64,000 bases of DNA from Dehalococcoidia bacterium (GTDB taxonomy: Bacteria > Chloroflexota > Dehalococcoidia > UBA6926). The notes below the pieces were generated by a model. The model was not told where the DNA came from, made no database searches, and saw nothing but the letters and a program-made list of their open reading frames with translations. Positions 40,491-49,898 of the stretch are shown here, piece by piece. A program made the translations under genes and the position numbers. Numbering within the stretch: the stretch's first letter is position 1; each line of letters begins with the position of its first letter. The stretch is taken from contig DAOUHQ010000015.1 in assembly GCA_034428515.1 (NCBI GenBank), positions 144,660 through 208,659 of the forward strand, read 5' to 3'.

Positions 40491-40928
40491 ATGCGCGTCA
40501 TGGTTCTGATTAAGGCGACCGCCGAGAGCGAGGCGGGAGTTATGCCGTCCACGGAGCTGCTTGAGGCCATGGGCAGGTACAACGAGGAGCTTGTGGAGGC
40601 GGGCGTGATGCTGGGTGGCGAGGGGATCAAGCCCTCTGAACACGGCAAGCGCGTTGTGCTTGACGGCGATACGAACACTGTCAGTCACGGTCCTTTCGCT
40701 GAGACAGATCAGCTCATTGCCGGTTTCTGGATCTGGCAGGTTGCGGACATGGATGAGGCGGTGGCGTGGGTAAAGCGGTGTCCGCAGCCAATGCCGGGAA
40801 TGGCGGAGATCGAGATTCGGCCGCTCTACGAGACGGAGGATTTCACACCGGAGATGACGGAGGAGCAGGCGGCGCGGGAGAACGAGTTACGGGAGCGTGT
40901 AGCTGCGACGGAGTCCGGACCCCAATGA
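40491..40928 (+). CDS. YciI-like (Dabb fold) protein
   Basis: MRVMVLIKATAESEAG...AGFWIWQVADMDEAVAW matches the YCII-related domain. Confidence 0.7.
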   Translation: MRVMVLIKATAESEAGVMPSTELLEAMGRYNEELVEAGVMLGGEGIKPSEHGKRVVLDGDTNTVSHGPFAETDQLIAGFWIWQVADMDEAVAWVKRCPQPMPGMAEIEIRPLYETEDFTPEMTEEQAARENELRERVAATESGPQ

Positions 40929-42007
40929 CTCTCTTAAGAACACCTCTATTTGATTCTCATGTCGCGCTTGGGGCGCGGATCGTTGAGTTTGGCGGGTGGG
41001 ATATGCCCGTGCAGTACTCGAACGGCGTGCTGGCGGAACATGCGGCAGTGCGACAAGGCGTTGGCATGTTCGATGTCTCGCACATGGGGCGCATCAGGCT
41101 GACGGGGGAGAATGCGGGCGGCGCGCTCGACCGCGTCGTGACCAGCAATGTTGGAACACTACGGGTGGGCCGCGCTCGCTACGGGCTTATCTGCAACGAA
41201 TCCGGCGGGATCCTGGACGATGTCGTCGTCATGCGGCTTGCCGATGACGAGTTCCTGATGGTGTGCAACGCGGCGAGCTGGGACCGGATCACGGACTGGC
41301 TTGGTCGGCATTGCGAGGGCGTGTCTATCAATCACGAGCGTGACGAGACGTCGATGATGGCCGTGCAGGGGCCGGGGGCGGTCGATGCGCTACAGGCGCT
41401 CGTCGACATTGAGCTTGGCGATGTGGGGCGCTTTGCGTGCCGCGCTGTGACGGTGGCCGGCACATCAGGGCTTATCTCCCGGACCGGGTATACGGGTGAA
41501 GACGGGTTTGAGGTGATCGTGCCGACGGGTGAGGCGGCGCGTGTGTGGCAGACGCTTGTTGACGAGCGTGGGGTTGCACCATGCGGCCTTGCGGCGCGGG
41601 ACGTGTTGCGGCTCGAAGCGGGCCTGATGCTTTACGGACAGGACATGGACGATACGGTGACGCCGCTGGAGGCAGGACTCGATCGATTCGTGAACCTGGA
41701 CAAGGACTTTTTGGGTGTCGAGAGGCTGAGAGAGCAGGCGGAAAGCGGGCTAGAGCGGCGCATCACGGGTCTCACGGTGGAGGGCCGGTCTGCGCCGCGA
41801 CATGGCTATGCGGTCCGAACAACGGACGGGCGAGAGTCCGTCATAACGAGCGGGGCGTATTCGCCTGTGCTCGGCTATGGGGTTGCTCTGGCGTATGTGC
41901 CGATCGACGTGACTGAACCGGGGAACGTCGTGAATGTTGATATCCGTGGTCGGACGGTTCAAGCAACGACGGCGCCGCTGCCGTTCTTACAGGCGAATCG
42001 CGGTTAG
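40925..42007 (+). CDS. gcvT: glycine cleavage system aminomethyltransferase T
   Basis: TPLFDSHVALGARIVEFGGWDMPVQY, GMFDVSHMG. Confidence 0.9.
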   Translation: MTLLRTPLFDSHVALGARIVEFGGWDMPVQYSNGVLAEHAAVRQGVGMFDVSHMGRIRLTGENAGGALDRVVTSNVGTLRVGRARYGLICNESGGILDDVVVMRLADDEFLMVCNAASWDRITDWLGRHCEGVSINHERDETSMMAVQGPGAVDALQALVDIELGDVGRFACRAVTVAGTSGLISRTGYTGEDGFEVIVPTGEAARVWQTLVDERGVAPCGLAARDVLRLEAGLMLYGQDMDDTVTPLEAGLDRFVNLDKDFLGVERLREQAESGLERRITGLTVEGRSAPRHGYAVRTTDGRESVITSGAYSPVLGYGVALAYVPIDVTEPGNVVNVDIRGRTVQATTAPLPFLQANRG

Positions 42008-42111
42008 CAACATGGCAACAGCTTCGGCAAATCCCTCCGTTCAGCGGCTAGAATAAATGGGCACTTTGCCGCTCCGCGCGGCGTTGAGACGCACGAATTG
42101 GGGGTCGTGAA

Positions 42112-42519
42112 ATGCCATTTGATCCGGCAGGCTTGCTATTCAGTCGAGAACACGAGTGGGTGGCGCGTGATGAGTCCGATCAGAGCGCGGTGACCGTCGG
42201 GATTACGAACTACGCGCAGGGCGAACTCGGCGACGTTGTATACGTTGACCTGCCTGCCGATGGGGCGGCGGTCAAGCAGTTTGAGACATTCGGCGAGGTG
42301 GAATCGGTCAAGTCGGTGTCGGACCTGTTCTCGCCGATAAGCGGGACTGTTGCCGAGGTTAATTCCACGCTGGAGGACAAGCCTGAGCTGGTGAACGAGG
42401 ACCCGTACGGCGAGGGATGGATGCTTCGCGTGACGATTGAGGACGAGCGAGAGCTGCAGAGCCTGCTTTCGCACGATGAATACCAGGAATTTCTTACGGA
42501 GTTGAGCGGCGGTGACTGA
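42112..42519 (+). CDS. gcvH: glycine cleavage system H protein (lipoyl carrier)
   Basis: Lipoyl-lysine motif ESVKSVSDLFSP. Confidence 0.9.
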   Translation: MPFDPAGLLFSREHEWVARDESDQSAVTVGITNYAQGELGDVVYVDLPADGAAVKQFETFGEVESVKSVSDLFSPISGTVAEVNSTLEDKPELVNEDPYGEGWMLRVTIEDERELQSLLSHDEYQEFLTELSGGD

Positions 42520-45403
42520 AAAGCGTAACCCTGCACCCTTTGTTCCCATGACGGCTGCCGACAGGCAGCACATGCTCGATGTAGTTGGCGTCAACGCCGT
42601 TGATGACCTGTTCGCGGATATTCCCGCAGAGTTCAAGGACCCGGAATTGGGCCTGCCCCCGGCGTTGTCCGAGCATGATGTCGTGACGCACATGGGCCAT
42701 CTGTCGGCGATGAACGTGTCCGCGGACGCTGCACCCTCGTTTCTGGGAGGCGGGTTTGCGCGGCACTATGTCCCGAACGCGGTGGGAGCAATCATCTCTC
42801 GCGGCGAGTTTCTGACGCCATATACGCCATACCAGCCGGAGGCGAGCCAGGGCATTCTGCAGGCGCTCTTTGAGTTCCAGACCATCGTCTGTGAACTTAC
42901 CGGCATGGATGCCGCGAACACAGGGATGTATGACGGCGCGAGCGGGCTGGCGGAAGCGGCGCTGATGGCGTGCAGACTAACGCGCAGGCGCACGGTTGCC
43001 GTACACGAGAGCGTATCGCCGCTGTATCGCGCTGCGTTGGAGACATATGCAGGGGCGCAGGAGATCACGGTGGTCGACGGCATCGACGACGCGCCTGAGG
43101 GCGAGCTTGCGTGTCTGATCATTCAGCAACCTGCGTATGACGGCCTCATAGATGACGATCCCGATGCGCTTGCCGACGCGATTCATGAGCGCGGCGGGCT
43201 GCTGGTGGTGGCCGTGGAACCGGTGTCGCTCGCGTTGATACGGCCGCCGGGAGAGTATGGGGCGGACATTGTCGTCGCGGAGGGGCAGCCGCTTGGAATC
43301 GCGTTGGGATTCGGCGGGCCGGGCGTTGGGTTCTTCGCATGCAAGACCGAGTATCTGCGGCAGATGCCGGGGCGGATAGTTGGGCGCAGCGTGGACGCTG
43401 ACGGGCGCGATGCGTTTGTGCTGACGCTGCAAACGCGCGAGCAACACATCCGTCGCGAGAAGGCCACGTCCAATATCTGTACGGCTGAGACGTTGGCGGC
43501 CATCGCGGTGGCAGTTCATACCGCCGCTCTCGGCCCTCACGGGCTGCGCGAAGTCGCTTTCAGCTGTTACCAGGCCACGCACAACGCGGCGCGGCGCATT
43601 GCTCGCCTGCCCGGGTTCTCGATTCACGGGGGCGAGGATGCGCTGTTTATCAAGGAGTTCGTTGTTGCGTGCCCCATCCCTCCTGCGGACGTGAACCTGC
43701 GGTTGTGGGAGCAGCACGGCATCATCGGCGGGATCGATGTTTCCGACCGCGTGCCGAACGGTCTCTTGTTGTGCATCACGGAGACCTCGACGACGACCGA
43801 TATTGATAGGCTCGTTAGCGCTCTTGCGGGCATCGCGGATGTATTCGCAGAGGCGGACGGCGAGGGAGAGGCGACAAGTATTTCGGATTGGCCGGCGGTC
43901 GAAACGCCGGCGGCAGGCGACGGACTCATCCTCGCGATCGGCGATACGAATGAGAAACGGGTTCCGTTGCTGCTGGATGTTTCACGGCCTGCGCGGCGCG
44001 GGGTGACGACCCCTGTTCCGGCGGTCACCCCAATCGCGCCGCCGCTTCCTGCGTCGACGCTGCGCAAGCAACTGATTCTGCCGGAGATCAGCGAGCTTGA
44101 TGTTGTGCGGTATTTCACGCGCATCAGCCAATCGAATTACGCAGTCGATACGACCTTTTACCCGCTCGGGTCCTGCACGATGAAGTACAACCCGCGGGTC
44201 AATGAGACGGTTGCAGGCATGCCGGGGTTCGCGAACGCACATCCCTATCTGCCGCCTGAGGTTAGTGCAGGCACGCTGGGGGCGCTGTTCAGCTTGCAGG
44301 AGATGCTGGCGAGCGTTGTGGGGATGGACGCGACTAGTCTCGCGCCGTCCGCCGGGGCGCACGGCGAGTTGACGGGGATGCTGCTCTTCCGGGCGTATCA
44401 TCGAAGCCGCAGCGACAGTGGGCGCACCGTGGTTCTTTCGCCGGACTCCTCGCATGGGACGAACCCGGCGTCGGCGGCGATGGCCGGGTTCAATCTCGTG
44501 ACCGTGCCGACCGATGCCGTCGGGAACGTGGATATGGAGGCCTTGCAGCCACTGTTGGGGCCGGAGGTGGCGGGCATCATGCTGACGATGCCGACCACTT
44601 TGGGCCTGTTCGATCCGAACACCGCCGAGATCTGCCGCCTTATCCACGAGGCGGGGGGGCTGGTGTACGGCGACGGGGCGAATCTGAATGCGCTGCTTGG
44701 CCGCGCGCGGTTGGGTGACATGGGCTTCGACATCGTGCATATCAATGTTCACAAGACGTTTTCGACTCCGCACGGCGGCGGCGGGCCAGGCGCGGGCCCC
44801 GTCTGCGTGAAGGAACACCTGGCGGAGTTCCTGCCGACGCCGCACATCGAGCGGCGCGATGACGGGATGCTGCATCTGGCCGCGCCCGCGCAGTCTGTCG
44901 GGCGCATCGGCTCGGCGGCAGGGAACGTTGGGGTGCTGCTGCGCGCGTACACGTATTTCCGGATGCACGGGGAGGATGGTCTAAGAGAGGTGAGCGGGGC
45001 GGCGGTGCTGAACGCGAACTACATCCGCGCCCGGCTGAAGGACCACTACCACCTGCAATACGACCGCATCTGCATGCACGAGGCCGTTTTCTCGGCCACG
45101 CGGCAGCGGCGGCAGCATGACGTGCGGGCTGGGGATATCTGTAAGCGGCTGTTGGATCACGGATTCTACGCGCCGACGGTGTATTTCCCGCTGATCGTTG
45201 AAGAGGCGCTGATGATCGAGCCCACGGAGACGGAGAGTCGCGAGACGCTGGACGCGTTCATCGACGCAATGGTGTCCATCGCGCAGGAGGCGTCGGAGGA
45301 TCCTGAACTGGTTCGAGGCGCGCCACACACCACGCCGGTGCGCCGGATAGATGAAGCGCTGGCGGCGCGTCGGCCGGTACTGCGGTGGATGGAGCGGGAC
45401 TGA
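42512..45403 (+). CDS. gcvP: glycine dehydrogenase (decarboxylating), subunit-1 and subunit-2 fused in one 963-aa ORF
   Basis: The N-terminal half resembles GcvPA (YTPYQPEASQG). The C-terminal half resembles GcvPB (FYPLGSCTMKYNP; PLP-lysine region HINVHKTFSTPHGGGGPG). The two halves are joined by a linker of about 60 aa. Confidence 0.85.
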   Translation: MTEKRNPAPFVPMTAADRQHMLDVVGVNAVDDLFADIPAEFKDPELGLPPALSEHDVVTHMGHLSAMNVSADAAPSFLGGGFARHYVPNAVGAIISRGEFLTPYTPYQPEASQGILQALFEFQTIVCELTGMDAANTGMYDGASGLAEAALMACRLTRRRTVAVHESVSPLYRAALETYAGAQEITVVDGIDDAPEGELACLIIQQPAYDGLIDDDPDALADAIHERGGLLVVAVEPVSLALIRPPGEYGADIVVAEGQPLGIALGFGGPGVGFFACKTEYLRQMPGRIVGRSVDADGRDAFVLTLQTREQHIRREKATSNICTAETLAAIAVAVHTAALGPHGLREVAFSCYQATHNAARRIARLPGFSIHGGEDALFIKEFVVACPIPPADVNLRLWEQHGIIGGIDVSDRVPNGLLLCITETSTTTDIDRLVSALAGIADVFAEADGEGEATSISDWPAVETPAAGDGLILAIGDTNEKRVPLLLDVSRPARRGVTTPVPAVTPIAPPLPASTLRKQLILPEISELDVVRYFTRISQSNYAVDTTFYPLGSCTMKYNPRVNETVAGMPGFANAHPYLPPEVSAGTLGALFSLQEMLASVVGMDATSLAPSAGAHGELTGMLLFRAYHRSRSDSGRTVVLSPDSSHGTNPASAAMAGFNLVTVPTDAVGNVDMEALQPLLGPEVAGIMLTMPTTLGLFDPNTAEICRLIHEAGGLVYGDGANLNALLGRARLGDMGFDIVHINVHKTFSTPHGGGGPGAGPVCVKEHLAEFLPTPHIERRDDGMLHLAAPAQSVGRIGSAAGNVGVLLRAYTYFRMHGEDGLREVSGAAVLNANYIRARLKDHYHLQYDRICMHEAVFSATRQRRQHDVRAGDICKRLLDHGFYAPTVYFPLIVEEALMIEPTETESRETLDAFIDAMVSIAQEASEDPELVRGAPHTTPVRRIDEALAARRPVLRWMERD

Positions 45404-45514
45404 GGAAATAGATCCCCATGCCTGCAACGCGGCAAGCCGCCGTGTAGAATTGACAGCGATTCCGCGAACATATCGGTATGGGCAGCAGGTAGGTTTCGTG
45501 CGCCTTGAGGGGCA

Positions 45515-45907
45515 ATGATGACTCATAGTGAAGATGCACTGGCTCTGGGGTATCGCGAGTACGGTTCGCTTGAGGGCGAACTGGAGTCTGTTCATGACCG
45601 TGATGCCTGTTACATCGTCATCAGAGAGCGCCTCGGAGGTGAACGAGTCAAGTGCATGTTGCAGTCTGATCCGCACTTGCTCGAAATCGCTCATTCACTG
45701 TTGTCGAAAAGGGTTTCTGTGAGCGGGGAGGTGTGCTACTCCGGAGATGGCCTCCCCAGCATGATTCTCCACGTGGGCCACCTGGAAGAAAGACGACCGC
45801 CGTCTCGCGCCATGAAAGACCTGTATGGCGCGCTGGCAGATCCTGAAGTTGAGCGCATCGGCTCAGCCGCCTTTCTGCGCAAGATCCGGGGCTACGGCTC
45901 TGAATGA
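45515..45907 (+). CDS. hypothetical protein, putative atypical antitoxin partner of the PIN toxin
   Basis: 130 aa, no recognised fold; overlaps the downstream PIN gene in an ATGA start/stop overlap. Confidence 0.5.
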   Translation: MMTHSEDALALGYREYGSLEGELESVHDRDACYIVIRERLGGERVKCMLQSDPHLLEIAHSLLSKRVSVSGEVCYSGDGLPSMILHVGHLEERRPPSRAMKDLYGALADPEVERIGSAAFLRKIRGYGSE

Positions 45908-46350
45908 CTACACGGCGTGATATCCGCCTGTGGGATTCATCAGTCATAATTGCCTATCTCGGAAACGAACCAGGGTATCGTGACGTACTTCTGAGCCTTG
46001 TCGAGGAGGCGGAGAAGGGCAATCTCACTATCGTCGTATCATCCTTGGCAACTGTTGAGGTGGCATATGTTGGCGGCGTCGCAAACGATGCTGCAGAGGC
46101 TATCATTAGGGACTTCTTCGCAAACGATTACATCGTTACTGCCACAATCGGCCCTCGACTTGCCGCCACCGCTCGTCGCCTTGTTAGGCAGTATGGGCAA
46201 GGTCTTGGCCTTCGCCCGCCGGACGCCACACATTTGGCGACGGCCATAACACTAGGCATCCCGACGATCGAAACGATGGATGCCGACATGCTCCGGCTAG
46301 ATGGCCTTGAGGGGCAGCCTGCGATCCGAGTCAGACAGCCAATAATCTAG
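45904..46350 (+). CDS. vapC: PIN-domain ribonuclease toxin (VapC-like)
   Basis: N-terminal LWDSSVIIAYL acidic core, conserved E and D in TVEV...D...DA.H, about 148 aa. Confidence 0.75.
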   Translation: MTTRRDIRLWDSSVIIAYLGNEPGYRDVLLSLVEEAEKGNLTIVVSSLATVEVAYVGGVANDAAEAIIRDFFANDYIVTATIGPRLAATARRLVRQYGQGLGLRPPDATHLATAITLGIPTIETMDADMLRLDGLEGQPAIRVRQPII

Positions 46351-46390
46351 GGCTATTCCTGGCTATGAAGCTTGAAGGTGTCCTCACCAA

Positions 46391-47371
46391 ATGACTGAAA
46401 CCCGTCCGTTTGGGCCCGATGAGCTTGGTATCTCGATTGCGCCCCTTGGCGTCGGCGCTTGGCCGTGGGGTTCTACGTGGTATTGGGGGTATGGGAAGTC
46501 TTACGGCGAGGATGATGTTCGGGGGGCGTTTCGGGCGTCGTTGGATGCGGGCGTGACGCTTTTCGATACGGCTGAGGTTTACGGTCGGGGGAAGTCTGAG
46601 CGGATTCTCGGCAAGATGGCGGGGGAGCTGATGGAGCCACCTCACCCTGGCCCTCTCCCACAAGGGGGGAGGGGATTAGAGCAGCCGTTTGTTGCGACGA
46701 AATATATGCCCTATCCGTGGCGGTGGCGGGCGGGAGATGTGCCGCGTGCGTTGCGGGCGAGCCTGAGGCGGCTTGGACTGGAGCGCGTCGATCTCTACCA
46801 GATTCATTGGCCGGTTGTGCCCGCGCGCCCACGGCTTGGGCAGTGGATGGAGGGTCTTGTCCGGGCGCACGGGGAGGGGTTGGTTGGGTCGGTCGGGGTG
46901 TCCAATTTCGACGCGGAGTTGACCAAGCGGGCGCATGAGATTCTGTCTCGCGCCGGTATCCCGCTGGCTTCAAATCAACTGCCCTACAGCCTGTTGGACC
47001 GGCACATCGAGCATGAGGGTCTGCTTGACACGTGCAAGGAACTGGGCGTGACGGTGATCGCGTATAGTCCCATCGCGGAGGGGCTGCTGACGGGGAAATA
47101 CACGCCGGACAGCAAACCTGCTGGGTATCGGGGTTGGCGGCTGCGCAAGAAGGTGGCACAGGTTCAACCGATTGTCACAGCGCTGCGTGAGATCGGTGAG
47201 CGGCACGAGGGTAAGACGCCGTCGCAGGTAGCGCTCCGGTGGCTGATACAGAAGGGTTCGCTGCCAATACCGGGCGCGAAGACTGCTCAACAAGCATCGG
47301 ACAACGCCGGGGCGCTGGGGTGGAGTCTCTCTGACGAGGAGATGGCGGCGCTGGACGGGGTTTCGGCCTGA
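46391..47371 (+). CDS. aldo/keto reductase
   Basis: FDTAEVYGRGKSE, IHWP, typical (alpha/beta)8 AKR markers. Confidence 0.85.
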   Translation: MTETRPFGPDELGISIAPLGVGAWPWGSTWYWGYGKSYGEDDVRGAFRASLDAGVTLFDTAEVYGRGKSERILGKMAGELMEPPHPGPLPQGGRGLEQPFVATKYMPYPWRWRAGDVPRALRASLRRLGLERVDLYQIHWPVVPARPRLGQWMEGLVRAHGEGLVGSVGVSNFDAELTKRAHEILSRAGIPLASNQLPYSLLDRHIEHEGLLDTCKELGVTVIAYSPIAEGLLTGKYTPDSKPAGYRGWRLRKKVAQVQPIVTALREIGERHEGKTPSQVALRWLIQKGSLPIPGAKTAQQASDNAGALGWSLSDEEMAALDGVSA

Positions 47372-47448
47372 TCTTTCCCCCGCTTTACGGGTAGAGTGCC
47401 GTCCGCCTACGATTTGCCTAGAGCTTTTTAGGCTTGGGGGGATGACTC

Positions 47449-48225
47449 ATGACGATGCAGTTGGATGACGTTAAGCGTGAGGTGGCTGTCGCGAACCGGG
47501 TGCTGCCGGATATCGGGCTTGCGTCCGGGGTGCTGGGGTCACTGGGGCATGTGAGTATGCGCGTGCCGGATGATCCGGAAAAGTTCGTGGTCAAGGGCCG
47601 TGGCTACCCCATCGACGCCCTGGCTCGCGCGGAGCCGGAGGGGATGGTCGTTTGCGACCTCGACGGGTTCAAGGTCGGCGGGCCGCCCGGCATTACACAG
47701 TGCTTTGAGGTCAAGATCCATTCCTGCATCTATCGCGCAAGGCCGGACGTGCAGTCCATCGTGCATGTTCATCCCCGGTACGCCATTGTCATGGGCATAC
47801 TCGGCGTGAACCTTGTGCCGATGTGCCGTGAGGGCATGGAGCTGGTTACACGGCCCGTCCCGGTTTATCCCCACAGCAAGCTGATCCTGACCGAGGAGGA
47901 CGGCGTCGGCGTGGCGGAGGCGCTCGGCGATGCGACGGTGCTCACGCTGCAGGGGCACGGTGCGGTGACCGTCGGGACATCCACTGGCGATGCCGTAATG
48001 AACATGGCGCATTTTGAGGAACAGGCCCGCATGAACTGGTACGCCTATGCCGCGGCGGGGCCGGATCACGCGCGGATCACGGAAGAACAGATCGCCGAAA
48101 GCAATTCGCAGCCTCCGACGTCCGAGCTGCCGCATTTCAAGGAGTTGGTGAGCGGGACGCGGGCGCAGGCGGCGGTGGGCGGCGTGTGGCGTCACCTGGT
48201 GGCAAACGCATCTGAGGGACTGTAA
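47449..48225 (+). CDS. class II aldolase/adducin family protein
   Basis: HVHPRYAIVMG metal-binding His pair; fuculose-phosphate aldolase-like. Confidence 0.8.
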   Translation: MTMQLDDVKREVAVANRVLPDIGLASGVLGSLGHVSMRVPDDPEKFVVKGRGYPIDALARAEPEGMVVCDLDGFKVGGPPGITQCFEVKIHSCIYRARPDVQSIVHVHPRYAIVMGILGVNLVPMCREGMELVTRPVPVYPHSKLILTEEDGVGVAEALGDATVLTLQGHGAVTVGTSTGDAVMNMAHFEEQARMNWYAYAAAGPDHARITEEQIAESNSQPPTSELPHFKELVSGTRAQAAVGGVWRHLVANASEGL

Positions 48226-48249
48226 ACAGCAGCGGGAAGGCGGAACGGC

Positions 48250-49026
48250 ATGGACCTTGGAATCGCAGGGAAGGTTGCGCTTGTCACGGGCGGGAGCAGG
48301 GGGCTTGGTCGGCAAGCGGCGCTGAGCCTCGCCGGGGAGGGCGCGAAGGTCGCAATCTGCGCGCGGACGCAGGAGAATCTCGATGGCGTGCTGCCGGAGT
48401 TGACGGCGGCGGGTGCGCCCGCGGCGGCGGCCATTGCTGCGGACATCACAGATGCCGTTTCGCTGGAGCAGCTGCATGAGGCAGTCGTTGAGCAGCTTGG
48501 GCCGATAGACATTCTTGTGAACAACGCGGGGGCGAGCCGTCGAGGCGACGTGTTGGCCATCGGCGAGGAAGAGTGGTCGGACCTGTGGTCGCTCAACGTG
48601 CTGGGGCCGATCCGGCTGAGTCGTCTCGTGCTGCCGGGGATGCAGGAACGGCAATGGGGACGCATCGTGAACGTGTCGTCGATATGGGGGCGCGAGCATG
48701 GCGGCGGTGTGGCGTACATGACGACGAAGGCCGCTTTGATCGCCTTTACCAAGAGCACGGCGCTGAGCTATGGGAAGGATGGGATTCTCATCAATTCCGT
48801 CGCACCGGGGTCGGTTGTGTTTCCAACGGGGAGTTGGGACCGGTTCCAGACTCAGAATGAGCCGGATGTTGTGCGGGACTTCATCGCCAACAACTTGCCG
48901 ATGGGGCGGTTTGGGTGGCCGGAGCCCGTGGGGGACCTCATCGCATTCTTGTGTTCAGAGAGGGCCGGCTTCCTGACGGGAACAACGATCAACATCGACG
49001 GCGGTCAGTCAAAGAGTTTGATTTAG
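48250..49026 (+). CDS. SDR-family oxidoreductase
   Basis: TGGSRGLG Rossmann motif; SSIWG...YMTTKAAL (YxxxK). Confidence 0.85.
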   Translation: MDLGIAGKVALVTGGSRGLGRQAALSLAGEGAKVAICARTQENLDGVLPELTAAGAPAAAAIAADITDAVSLEQLHEAVVEQLGPIDILVNNAGASRRGDVLAIGEEEWSDLWSLNVLGPIRLSRLVLPGMQERQWGRIVNVSSIWGREHGGGVAYMTTKAALIAFTKSTALSYGKDGILINSVAPGSVVFPTGSWDRFQTQNEPDVVRDFIANNLPMGRFGWPEPVGDLIAFLCSERAGFLTGTTINIDGGQSKSLI

Positions 49027-49462
49027 GGGTTGAGCAGGAACGGGATCCGGTTGCACTCCATGTTCAAGATTCCCGCCGTCACGGGAATGACGGAGATGGG
49101 TTGGGGTATACTTACGTCAAGCAAAGTTTTGGAAACGGTTCAAATGAACTCTTTCACACACTAGGAGGTGCCTTACGACCCCTGAAAATACACAACCACA
49201 AGCGTCTACCGATGAACTCCGTCCGTGGCGCGAGGGCAGCGAACGCATCGCTATCTTTATTGACGGCAGCAACTTATATCACGCATTAGAAGAATCTTGC
49301 AGCCGGACCGATCTTGATTTCGCGGCTTTCATCCAGTGGATCGCGGGGGAGCGTCCGCTCTTTCGCACGTATTACTACAACATCATCCAGGATGAGAAGC
49401 GCCGCCCCACCGAATTCGCGCAACAGCAGCGGTTCTTACAGGCTCTGCACCTGATCCCCTAC

Positions 49463-49885
49463 GTGGAGACCCGATTCGGGCAGACGCGTATCCGCGACGG
49501 GCAGGTTGTGGAGAAGGGCGTGGATATCATGCTCGCCACGGATCTGCTGTACTACGCGTGGCAGGACTATTACGACATGGCGGTGCTGGTGTCCGGCGAC
49601 GGTGATTTCGCCTACGCCATCCAGACGCTCAAGAATCTCGGCAAGTACGTGCAGGTCGTGACATTCGAATCGAATCAGTCGCCTGATCTGTGGGAAAAGG
49701 CTGATCTGCGCACGCTCCTCACCCCGGACCTGTTAGCGCAGGAGAACCTGTGGGTGAACAAGGAGCCGGCGAGGAAGAGGCGGCGTCGGACGACGAACGG
49801 GACGACGCGCCGCACGCCCAGGAAGTCCACGGCGACAGCCTCAACATCGTCAAACGGCAGGGCGGAGGCTGTGGCGGCGGAATAG
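49463..49885 (+). CDS. NYN/LabA-like domain protein, C-terminal part with GTG start
   Basis: The NYN homology continues upstream in the same frame to about 49170 (IAIFIDGSNLYHALEE...) with no ATG/GTG/TTG. This is either a non-canonical start or a start-less pseudogene. The basic tail is KRRRRTTNGTTRRTPRK. Confidence 0.5.
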   Translation: METRFGQTRIRDGQVVEKGVDIMLATDLLYYAWQDYYDMAVLVSGDGDFAYAIQTLKNLGKYVQVVTFESNQSPDLWEKADLRTLLTPDLLAQENLWVNKEPARKRRRRTTNGTTRRTPRKSTATASTSSNGRAEAVAAE

Positions 49886-49898
49886 CCGCCGCTAAGCG

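Noticed and set aside
46633-46685. Possible 17-codon insertion (MEPPHPGPLPQGGRGLE), with a small CCCTCTCCC/GGGGGAGGG inverted repeat, inside the aldo/keto reductase gene
   Set aside because: Could simply be a lineage-specific loop. There is no second copy in the window to support a miniature repeat element
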